DNA of 64,000 nucleotides, taken from the NCBI RefSeq assembly GCF_009914755.1, contig NC_060926.1; one strand, 5' to 3'. Every line of letters starts with the position of its first letter. Within the stretch, counting starts at the first letter, position 1. Source of the stretch: the human T2T-CHM13v2.0 reference genome, Homo sapiens. Shown here one piece after another: positions 12,161 to 23,986 of the stretch. The position numbers and the translations under genes were made by a program. The notes under the pieces are model-generated. The model did not search any database. It worked only from the letters and a program-made list of their open reading frames with translations, and was not told the origin of the DNA.

Positions 12161-15100
12161 GTTTAGCTTTCACTTCCCATCAAACAAGTGTTTGATTGTG
12201 AAATAAAAGTCTTTGTCTCTTGATTTTCATTACTTCTTTTCTGTTTAGGAGCCAAGTCCCCCAGCTGATTACAGAAGTCCTTGATGCTCACCTTGACTCC
12301 CTCCAAAGGCCAGTCCAGTCCTCACCCATTTCCTCATTCAGTAACTCCTTCCCTTTCCTCTGATCAAATCTTGCTTTTCCAAACTCATTCTTTCAGCTCG
12401 TTAAATCTGATAAGCAACTAATCATAGCTAAAATTTTTGATGTGTGAACTATGCTCTGGATACAATGCCAAGTTCTTTTCATATATCAATTCACTTAATT
12501 AATTTAAACCTGTGGGCTAAGGAGTCTTCACAATCTTACAGTAGAAGGAAGTAAGACTCAAAATGGTGAACACATTTTACAAGATCACACAACCAGCAAA
12601 TGACAGGCACGGGGACTGAAAAAAGGCCACAGTACCAGGGCTGTGCTCTCTTTCACAGTGCATTGCCACATTCCCTCCACTGCAAATCTAATCGGGAGCC
12701 AGTGTGGAAATACTCTCTGTTCTGGGTACATGAATGCATTTTGACAAAAACCTCTGCAGACAAAACCTAAATTCAGAATTTCAATTTCTAACAAACTACT
12801 GGGGAAGTGTTGGGGAATTACAGACACTGCTCAGATTATCTTCTCTCATGTGGCTCTACACATCATTTATTCTGCAAAGCTTATAGACTTTTATAAGAAC
12901 TAGGATAAATTTGTTACAGGGCAGGAACCACGAAGGGTGTTCTTGTTTCTTTCTTAATGGAAACAAGGTCTCTTCCAACCCTAAACCCCGTAAGGAAAAG
13001 TATTAAGGCTCCAAAAATAATGGGCAGTGGCCTCATTCCTCTCTCCCTTCCTCACCCTTTCCCCATTTTTAACCCTGGAATCTAGATTTAAAAAAATGGA
13101 CCTATTACGTTATTTCCTCCCAGGTGAAATAGACAAATATAAATGCACAGTTAGCTATGCATTTCTTCACTGAATATCTTCCTGATAGTTGTTTAGCTTC
13201 ATCGGAAGGAAATAAAATCACTACTTATGTCTGGAGGATTCTGTGTTATTGGATCACCCTTCACAAGGAGAACAAATAAATGTCATGCTTTTGAGGTAGG
13301 AAGCAGCAAGTTGATGAGGGGAAGAGGGACTCCAGTTAGCAAAGATGGATGAGGGAATACGTTTAGGAAATCAAGCGAGTGACTGAGTCATCAACATACC
13401 TCAGTTGTGGCCATTTTTCTAATCTTTGCATTTTCAGATTCTGAAGTGTTAGTTCCTTAAGTCTTCTCAGTGTCACTGTATGCTGTAAAATCCTACAGCT
13501 TATAAATTCAGTTTCAATTTGGAAACAAATTTTCAAGCATAAGCTTTTGAAAGGGAAAGTTAAAATACAAAATTAGAGAAATACTTATTACCCTCCTCCT
13601 CCCTGACCAAGATGCTGACCTGCAAAGGCCGCTCAGTACAAGTTGCCATATACATAGGCACCCACCTGGCCAGGTTGTGTCTTTCTACATTACTAATCAT
13701 TCATTTGCTTGTAATTCATCATAGTGTGTTTAATTTTAAAATTAATTCCCCAGCTAATTTTAAGATTTATGGCTGAGTCTTTGCCTCAAAAGCTGACTAC
13801 ATTATGAAAAACACTCAATTGAAAAATAATTAATCTGGTGTGTTAAACAATCTTCTCATTGAATTCAGATGGGCACATTATCAGTCCCATACACCGCGTG
13901 TAATTTTTGAATACATTGAAAGTAAAAAAAAAGCAAGCAATCATTTTAAATCTCCAGTAGGTCATAGTCTCAAGGGGCCAAACATGTCTTTGATTCTGGA
14001 AGAAAAATTGCCCCTACCAGAAGGAAGCTGAAGAAAGGAATTCCAAGATTTAAGCATCTTCAATATACTGCATCGCATTTAACTGTTATGCATGGTCTCT
14101 GGGGAAGGTATTGTCAACTACATTTTATGAGTAGACAAGGAAACCCAGGCACGGAACTGTCATACAGTTTGCCCAAGGACCACACACAACTGTAGAGACC
14201 ATGATTCCCTCTCCGGCCACTCTTCTTGTCCTATGTCACACTCATAGGCTCATTTCAGGGGTCCCAGGAACACGTGAAGCTCTTTCTAACTTAGAGACTG
14301 TGCGCTGTTCACTCATCTTTGCCAGATTCTTCTCCTGGTTCCTTCTCGTACTTCAGGTCTCAGCGTAGATCTCTTAAGGCCTTCTGTGTCCACTCTATCT
14401 GAAAATAGAGCTCCCTTTCTATTTGGTCTCAGGTTGCTGTTTGTTTGCTTCACAGCGGTTGACTTTAGAAAACGTGTATTTGTTCAGTTTTTTTTTTTTT
14501 TTTTTTTTTTTTTTTGCCTTTCTCCTTCACCTACCCACTTAAGTGTAAACTTCAAGAGGGTGGTTTTCAGGTTCTTTTTGTGCACCCAGCAACTGGAATG
14601 GCCACTAATACATCACTACAGGTCCCCAGTAAGTGTTTTTTAATGGATAGAAGAAAGGAAAAATGAGTGGGCAGATAGGAAGGAGGACTGAGTCCAAATT
14701 CGGTCTGGCTATGGGATATTAGCTTTTGTATAGCTTTGTGGTCTAGGTGGACACACCAGCTGGGATCCCTTGCAGCAGATAGAAAACTCTGCCATGAGGA
14801 ATGAGAGATATGTGATCTCACCAGGGACAAAATCACCAACAAGAGTTGAAGAGTTGAGTCCAAGGACCCGCTGTCAGTCAGTGCTTCATCTGAAGAACTG
14901 CTCTAGGTTCAGGGAGGCCCCATGCCCACCAGCAGGAACACATTGGACCTCTGAGGCCCTGTCCAGCCAATGACCTGCTGGCCTCATTATGAAGTTCAAC
15001 CTTCATCTTCGTACTATTTCTTTTTCTTGAAGAGTTTTCTTTATTTATTCTCTTTCATTCTTCTCTTTATTGCTGTGTTTTCAAAGCATTTGTATTTTCC

Positions 15101-15242
15101 AATCGTCTTATTCTAAATTATATTAAATTTAGTATCATTTCAGTCTATCATGCCTTATTATTCTTTTTGATATTCTAGTTGATATTTTTATTGAAAAAAA
15201 AAGGATTTGGAACCTTTATTTTGCTTCTACAAGCTACTTGTT

Positions 15243-15767
15243 TGGATTAGTCAGTTCAGGCTGCCACAACCCAATACCATAGACTGGATGGCTTAAACAA
15301 CGGAAATTATTTCCCATGATTCTGGAACCTGGAAGTCTGAAATCAGAGTGCTAGCATGGTTGGCTTCTGGTGAGGGCCCTCTTGCTGGCTTGCAGACAGC
15401 TGCCTTCTCAGTAAGTCTTCACATGGTGAGGAGAGAGACAGAGAAACAAAGACAGCAAAGTCTCTGGTATGTCTCTTTTTTTGTTTTATGTTATTTTTTT
15501 TTTTGAGATGGAGTCTCGCTCTGTTGCCCAGGATGGATGCAGTGGCAGAATCTTGGCTCACTGCAACCTCTGCCTCTGCAGATTACAGGCATGAGCCACT
15601 GTGCCCAGCCAGGTATGTCTTCTTATAAGGGTACTAATTATTCCATTAGGAAGTTCCCCCATATGACCTTTTCTACACCTATTTACCTCCCAAAGGCCCC
15701 ATCACATAGGGAGTTAGGGCTTCAACATACATATTTGGGGATGGGGAGCACAATTTAGTCCATAGCA
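15243..15767 (-). mobile_element. MLT1A0-like solo LTR interrupted by an Alu
   Basis: ccatagactggatggcttaaacaac...ggcttgcagacagctgccttctc...tcttataagggtactaat...acctcccaaaggcccc...ttagtccatagca. Confidence 0.88.
15478..15610 (-). mobile_element. Alu with large internal deletion
   Basis: Alu 3' end joined directly to the Alu 5' end (ctgcctc|tgca|gattacaggcatgagcc); TSD ggtatgtct(t)ctt on both sides. Confidence 0.9.
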
Positions 15768-17396
15768 CTAACTATTTTATGGCCGTCTTTCTGTTTTTTC
15801 ATTTCTTTCATCTTTTTTTTTTTTTTTTGGCTTTGTAGTATTTACTTATTAGTATAGAATCTCATTTAAACCTTCTTTTTGTCTCCTAGAGGTGGCTACT
15901 TCATTTTTCATTTTCAGCTTTATTTTAACTATTTAATTTTATTCCTAAGTTTTTATTTCTATTGTATAATTGTATCATTTAATTTTTTAAAATTTCTATT
16001 TTACAATTACATGATTTGCCTATGTCTTATTGCTTTCTTTTTGTGATTGAGATTCTGGGGCTGTATAGATGGAAGCTCTGATGACAGTTCTTTTTCTGAG
16101 GAACAGGGATCAGTTCTTTTTCCACCTCCAGCTGATCATTTATCATCTTAGACTCCACATTCCCTCATCCTAGAGCAGTAAGCAAAAGATCTCCACCCTC
16201 CCTCTTTCTCTACATCTGCTAACTTGAGGGAGATACATCTGAGTGGCTGGAAGATTACCACCTCACATCATCAGCCCTCCACACCTTCTGTGAAGAAAAG
16301 CATGATGCATGATACCCGAGTTCTGCTATGCAGCCACCATGCCCCACAGAGGTCATGACCACAGGACTTATTCTGCAAAGAGGAAGCAGCAGGGTAAGAT
16401 AGTCCATATGGGGAGGGATCCTCCATGCGGTCTTTGTTGGGGACTTCTTGCATGACCTGTCTCCCCTCTTGAGGATTGCCCAATCAGTGCCCTGAACATA
16501 GATATTCCCTTCTAATGGAAGCTGGGTGCCAAGTGACAACTTGGCACCATATTCTTCTTCCTTATTAGGAGAAATCTTTTCCTTATTCTGAGTGCACAGT
16601 GAACTTCCTTGTATTGCTTTGGCATATGCATCGTATGGTACCTGGCCAGTGCCACCAGTATATCTGCCCCCATAGGAAGAAAACAGAGTCCCTCTGCTGC
16701 AGCATGAGAGGGGTGTATGCAGTCCATCACTCTGCATCAGCTATTGGGATGAACCCACTAGCTGCAGGAGAGCAACACACACCACACAACAGATTTTGCT
16801 GTTCCTCTCCTTTCTATGAGTAAAACATTGTTCCAGCCAGTGCTTTGTATGTTGAGTGCTCCTTGACAACTCCAAGCCCATAGTTGATGCAGTGGACCAA
16901 GGTCTGTGGGCTTCTACGTCTGATGGTTGACATCGTCATGCTCTTTGGATGCTACATGGTGGTAATCCTTACTTGGGATTGGCAGATGAGCCTGACTGCT
17001 CAATAGTATTTTAACAAACAAGCAAGTAGTCTTGAGCCTCCATTTACAGCCCTTGAAAGGAAGCATGAAAACCCATAAGCAGGGCTCAAAAATCTTTCTA
17101 TAGTTAGTAAAAATAGATCAATTTGACTTCAATATACTAATTATCACATAGACTAAACGTTCTTGCAGTTGCTTGTTACATAGTTCTCCCTAACTCCCCC
17201 ACCACACCCTATAAGAACAAAAACAACAACAAATTCAATGTATTTTCTATTACCTCATCTCCCTCATCAATTTCTTGGTTTAACTTTGAACAATTCATAA
17301 TTTGACATAACTTAGTTTAATATTGTACTTCTGTCATTTTCATCCCATTGGCTGAGAGACCAAGTACAATATATTTTTTGAGCTTTCTAATCCCAA

Positions 17397-17948
17397 GGTA
17401 ATGGTTAATTTTATGTGTCAGCTTCACGGCCGCAGGGTACCCAGACATTTGGATAAACATTATTCTGGATGTGTCTGCGAGGGTGGTTTTGGATGAGATT
17501 AACATGTAAATCAATAGGCTAAGTAAAGTAGATTGCACTCCCCAACACGGGTGAGCCTCACCCGATTTGTTGGATGCCTGAATAAAACAAAAGGCAGGGT
17601 AAGAGAGAATCGTCTCTCTCTGCTGGATGGTTTTTTTGAGCTGGTACATCTGTCTTCTTCTAAATTTGGCCTGGAATATAGACTATTGGCTCTCCTGATT
17701 CTCTAGCCTTTGGATTCAGACTGGAACTACAACATCAGCTCTCCTCCAGTTGACAGATGGCAGATTGTGGGACATCTCAGCTTTCGAGTCATGTGAACAA
17801 ATTTCTTATAATACATCAATCTCTCTCTCTTCTCTTTCCCCTCTCCCTCTCTCTGTGTCTCTATAGATAGATAGACTGATAGACCTGGGATACATTCACA
17901 CACACACATGCACACACATACTATACTATTGGTTCTGAATCCTAACTA
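17397..17948 (+). mobile_element. MLT2B-like ERVL solo LTR
   Basis: atggttaattttatgtgtca...aaacattattctggatgtgtctg...gatgagattaacat...cagatggcagattgtgggac...tattggttctg. Confidence 0.88.
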
Positions 17949-18018
17949 TTAGGTTGAGGCCAAAGTAATTGTGGTCTTTGCCATGGCAAAAACCGAAATT
18001 ACTTTGGCATCAACCTAA
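17949..18018. mobile_element. MADE1 (Hsmar1-derived MITE), spacerless palindrome
   Basis: ttaggttga...aaagtaatt...ttgccatggcaa...aattacttt...tcaacctaa with TA duplications at 17947-17948 and 18019-18020. Confidence 0.93.
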
Positions 18019-18748
18019 TACTAGCCCTTAGTTACCTCATCTGAGAAGTACTAGTCATATGGTGTCTAACTTATTAGGTCATTGAGGAAATAAAAGCAGA
18101 AGTAAAATCAAAAGTGCTTACCTGTATTACCAGTGCTCAGTAGACACTAACTTTCATTATTCAATAGCTCTGGAAATTTATTGAAAATCCTCACAGCAAA
18201 TTCAATTTATTTACAGCGTTGATGTCATCAATCAATTTCAGTCCTCCTTTCAGAATGTGTGCTTCTTAGAATGTCCTGGTGACTCTCTCAAGTTATCAGT
18301 TTACAGGTGTTCTATGGAAATCATATCCCAGTGACATCATTGTATGAGGTTGGGATGTTTTTTCCATCTCTAATGTGATTTATTTTCTACTTTGGGAATC
18401 ACACGCAGTGTTCAGTGAAGAGATCAGGTCAAAAAAGGACTCTCAGAGAGCTCCCATCTTAGTTTCCCCTGGGGATCCTGGCAAGGGTGCAGGCTGCCAC
18501 CTTCTGAGTTTTATATCAAAACTTCTCAGCCTGCACCTGGCACCTAAAGAATGCTTATTATGTTGGGTCTTTGATCAAAGGACCACAAGGTGAGGGCAAG
18601 AGGAGAGGGGATGCATCGGGGACGAGGAACAGATGGCATTTTCTTTCACCCATACAAAGGGAAGTACAAAGCAAGCAGATTCTGTGAAGCAAAGGGAAAT
18701 ATGAGTTCTAACAACACCTTGTGTAAGTTTTTCCAGTTGCCATATTTT

Positions 18749-19055
18749 GTTTGTTTGTTTGTTTTTGAGACAGTCTCTCACTGTGTAGCCCAGGCTGGAC
18801 TGCAGTGGTGCAATCTCAGCTCACTGCTGGTACCTCCTGGCTCAACCTCCTGGGCTCCAGCAACCCTCCCACCTCAGCCTTCCAAGTAACTGGGACTACA
18901 GGTGTGCACCACCGTGCCTGGCTAATTTTTGCATTTTTTGGGATGGGGTTTCGCCATGTTGCCCAAGCTGGTCTGGAACTTCTGGGCGCAAGCAATCTGC
19001 CCACTCCGGCCTCCCAAAGTGCTGGGATTATAGGATTGCACCACCGTACCCAGCC
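18749..19055 (-). mobile_element. AluJ with (GTTT)n tail
   Basis: J-type features (cctcctgggctc...cctcccacctcagcc; atgttgccca); 14-bp TSD agttgccatatttt (18735-18748, 19056-19069). Confidence 0.95.
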
Positions 19056-19570
19056 AGTTGCCATATTTTCAAACATACCTTTTAAAGACTCATCAAGAAA
19101 ACCCATGGATAGGTCATACAAAATTTTTTTCATGACTCAGATTTATTTCCTTTACAAGTTGAAGAAATACAAGTATTTACTCTTTTATTTTTATGCCACA
19201 ACAAAGGTGTAAATCACTTAGTTGCCTGCTACCTCCCTGACTTTCCATCTTTTTCCGTTAGGGGCTATACAGTTGTCATTTATCAATGACCAGTTGGTTT
19301 TATAGGCTTATTATCTCAAGGGGGACTCAGTCAACTATTAGCTAACTCAGTCACATATTATCTTCAAATCTGTGAACTCCTTCACATATTCGAAGTTCAG
19401 AAAGGTCACACATAAAGTGAGAGAACTATCTATTTGATTCCTTTCCGGGTCATTCTACACGGCCACCACTATGATTAAACAATGGAAGTGTGAGAAGTCG
19501 GAGGGAAATAATTAGGCTGGATAAATACTGTGGCCCCTCACACTGTGCTTCACGCCATGAAAATGTTTCA

Positions 19571-19877
<307 letters not shown>

Positions 19878-20769
19878 TCAAAAACCTTTAGGCATACTAA
19901 GTTTGCAAAAAGCAAAAATTATACTCTACACATAGCATCTGGCACCCCGGTCTAGATTTTAATGTTAACCAAACAATGGATGAGCAGATCCAAAGTTCCC
20001 TGACTATTCAACGGAAAGCAAGATTTTTGTAAAAGCTAAAAGCTACAATAAAATTCAGACTAACAAGATGTCTTATATTTAGTCAATACTTGATGTACGT
20101 GGGGATGGATTACATACTGTAAATCATTTAAACAATGAAATTTCAGCAACCAAAGAAGCAATATAATCCATCTTGCCCAAAAAGTAGCTCCACTAGTATG
20201 GCTAAAAACACAAACCATAATTCCATGGGATATTGAATTTATAAAGAGGTATAGATAACACAAGGGTGGAATATATCTTCCTGTGTTTTATACTTCTCTT
20301 ACATTTGCTTCATCATTAAATATTTTAATAAACATAACAATATAAACTGTTAAACATAATTTTGTAAACAAGAGAATTAAAAAACTTACTAAATATGAAT
20401 GTACCATATTGATGCTTTAACATTATAAACAAAAGCAGGTTTTATTTTTTTTCCAAGCACACAGTTAGATAACAAGTGATAATTTAATTCAACTGGTATT
20501 TGGGGGTTGTGTAGCTTTTAATATATTAATATATGTGGAATTTCTTTTAACCAAATGCATTAGTGACTTTTTAAACCAGGTACAATGAATATATTTAAAT
20601 AATTTTTAAGAATATAAGAAACAAGAGGGTTTTATAGAGAGATGTTTAGAAAGAAATGAGACTGATTTTTCTTGTGTGTTCTATAAAGCTTACTCTAAAA
20701 GCAATTAAGAGAGTTCTTTTTTAAAAAATCTTTAGCATCCATGGAACATGCGTATGTCAGTGCTCCGAT

Positions 20770-20980
20770 TTTAGCCTCCAGCCAAAAACTGCCTCATGAT
20801 CTTAAACTAACTTGCAATCTCTAAGTTCCAGTTTCCTCATCTGTAAAGATAATAATAGTATTTAACTTATAATTTTGTGAAGATTTTAAAAGATGATAAA
20901 TGTCAAAAGTTTGGCATAGTGTCTGACTTACTGTAAGCACGTAGTGCCTTCTGGCTGCTTTCATTGTTGTTATCATTATT
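20770..20980 (+). mobile_element. MIR
   Basis: cagtttcctcatctgtaaa core and MIR-like 3' end. Confidence 0.65.
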
Positions 20981-22424
20981 AATCCCTTTCAAAGTTTATT
21001 GGACTTGTTAAAAGTCAATATTTTTACTTGGTATCAAGCAACTTCTGATCTTACCTTTTTAATAACATGATAGTAATTTATCATGGGTAAACAGATTATT
21101 TGGACAGACTATTTGGATAGACTATTCCAGTAGCAAACTTCAATGCTTTTCTAATATGCAGATAAAAGTATTTCAAAAAAGGAAAATATATCAGCAATAC
21201 GAAGAAAACACATGAGGAAGGGTGTTGATAATTTTATATCAAATTAGGAAAAGTTAGCACATTGTAACATTCATAGTACTGAGTGAGTATAGAGTATGCA
21301 GGCACTACAAACATTTTTATGCTCAATATTTTGGATTCTCTTTTTTTCATTTATGAAGAAGGAAAGAGTAAAAGAATAAATGGTACCACTGACTTGTTAC
21401 TGATGACTACACGTTAAGCACTCAAGAACAGCCTGCAAGAGGCCTTTGAATCCTTACTCAGTTGTGCTGGTTTAGAAATCCTTAGGGATTAGCTTCTCAT
21501 TGACAACTAAGCCTGGGAAATGACTTGAGGGTTACACTTAGTACCCGTTCTTGTTAATAAATATTATAATACTTCTCTAGAAAATTAGATACAAATCCTG
21601 AGCAAACCAAAATCCAATTCCAAGAACAGCTTTCAAGTTTGAGAGGTTTTCTATCTGTTCCATGAAAGCACAAGGAGTAAGAAGCATTAATTGCAAAGAG
21701 CATTTCGATATAAAGACTCCATGGAGCATTCAGTACTTCCTCTATGTGAATTTTCAGTAGGAAAAAAAATAGGTCTTTCATGAAAAACAATCTCAGACTA
21801 CTCCCTTCCACTCAGAATTCATAATTATGCTTAATCTGCTGCTCCTCTTGGCTCGCTTACAGGTCCTGTTGGCAGGTAGTGAATACAAAATGAATTTAAT
21901 GGGGGGTCCCCTGGGAATGGAGCAAAAGTTTTAGCATTTACCGGTTCACAATGGAGAAAGGCCAGCTGTTGGGAGCCCTGAGCTCCACGGCCACAGCTCC
22001 CCCAAAGCAGCCACGCACATGGATGGCTGCAGGTCAGCAACCTGGGAAAGAAGAGGCAGCCGCTGGGCAAAGGATGGCCCTAATGTGAGAAAGCGAAACA
22101 GGACTGCAAAGCTGCGTGGCTCACCAGCAACAGAGCCAGACAGGCAATCCCTGGTGAGATGTGGCAATGCCCAGCATGGGGTGTGTTCCTGTCTGCTTTC
22201 CTTTGGCAGAAGGCTGCCCCAAGGGCAAGTGCTAATGAGAGTGAGGCGCTTGGAGATGGGAGATGCTTGAGTCCATCAAAGAGCTCATTCAGAGCTGCCC
22301 TGTCTCCACCACCCACTCAGGAGCTGCTGAACCAGCTTAAGTTACTATCCTCTCCACATTCCTAAAGGTATGGTTACTTACAGACCCACCGGACAGCCTG
22401 GGAGTAAAAGAGAAAGCATTTCTC

Positions 22425-22428
<4 letters not shown>

Positions 22429-22460
<32 letters not shown>
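22429..22460. repeat. (TG)16 microsatellite
   Basis: Read directly from the sequence. Confidence 0.98.
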
Positions 22461-22463
<3 letters not shown>

Positions 22464-23986
22464 GATACTGACATTTTGTGGTGTGTATTTTGTTTGTGTT
22501 TATGTGTACTTTAATTTATATTTAAAATAGATTTGAAGGAGTGATAATGCTACCAATTCCAAAGAAAGCTCTTTGTGTCTATCACAATCATTCACTCACT
22601 CATTCATCCTTTCATTCATTTAAACATTCTTCAGTATTTAGCGCATTAGATTATAAATCACCTGTGCCCTTTTTAAAAATAAAGTTGTCATCAAACGGAA
22701 ATTTCTTTCACTGTGGTTTATAAAAACACTCATTCTCAAGCGGCCAGCATTTTGCAGAAATATTCCGTTTTGCTTTATTCTTTGTTTTAGGAAAAAGATT
22801 GTTTTAAATGTATTCTTTTTCACTCCTGATTTCTGTAAGCCCTTAATCCTATATATGACATGCATGTATGTATATATGTTTGTATGTGTGTATACATACA
22901 TTTATTCATTCATAAAATTATTTATTAAACACCTACTATGTGCTGGGGTCTGGCCTAAATGCTGGGTGTGGAAAGAGGAGTAGGACACAGTCCAGACTTT
23001 TGAAAGTCTCCCTGACAATGAGAAAACGTGTATGTCAACAAGTCCAATCCTGCAAGCTATTAAAGCATCCAAGAGTAGTGTGTATTAGTCACCACAACAA
23101 CCCCCACAATATGACTTTTTGCACTGAGGTGGGAGGATCTTAGATAGAAAAGGATGCCTGACTTGGATCCCACTGTTACACTTCAGTTTTAATGAAAAAC
23201 ACCAACAACTATGCGTTTTTCGGATTTATCTCCAGCATCTCTATTTTATTTTGAACAAGCCCCATAATAAAGTCACAGTTAATAAGGGTCACAGAGTATT
23301 TAAAGGGCAATAGCCACACTCTTAGTGGGGGCCATAGAGCTCTGGACTGTTCAGATGAAGAGGCCAGGCAGCATGAACTCCAATATGTGCAATTTATACA
23401 TGAAAAACCTGAGGCCCTCACAGTGAGAAGAAAGGATCATTTGCTTGAGATTAGAATGTCTAGGATCATTTGCATGGGTCCTTAGGCATCTTTAAATTCT
23501 ATAGAGACCCAAACAGTTCAATATTCAATTAAAAAGAAAAGAACAAAACCCTAGATGATGAGAGCGTGTTTTAAATCATCCCTGGGAAATTTACAAAAAA
23601 ACAAATCGGACAAAGAGCACGATTTAACATCTTTTCATTACAAGGAACATTTATTACCTATTTTGAGGACCTAGCACTTTTTGTAATAACAGCTGGTTAG
23701 ATGAAATACAACACACACACCATTTCTTAACTAACACTAAATAATGGCTGTTAAGTCCACTACCCTATCCTCTCAGGTGGTGGTCATTTAGCTGATACCT
23801 GTGTCTCTGCAGCCTTGGAAGTTTATTTATTGCTTTGTTCAACAAACATTTATTAAGCATCTCTTTTGTGCCAGGCACTGTGCCTGTAACCTTCAAGAAG
23901 TATGGAGATGAAAGAATCAAAAATTATTTGTGTTGGACAAATTGTAATATGAAGTAAAAGTATAGCAATGAAAATATGAATGACAC

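Larger units (their letters stand above)
14990..16250 (-). mobile_element. Ancient L1M/HAL1-like fragment hosting MLT1A0 and Alu insertions
   Basis: Strongly T-skewed degenerate sequence on both sides of the MLT1, typical of antisense L1 ORF1; family inferred from composition only. Confidence 0.4.

Noticed and set aside
14487-14515. Long T-runs (also 15813-15828 and 57698-57716) as retrocopy tails or terminators
   Set aside because: No adjacent retrocopy body or TSD recognised; simple homopolymers
21066-21126. 7-bp hairpin and 13-bp x2.7 tandem repeat
   Set aside because: Ordinary slippage-scale features; similar ones at 40470, 41888 and 42297
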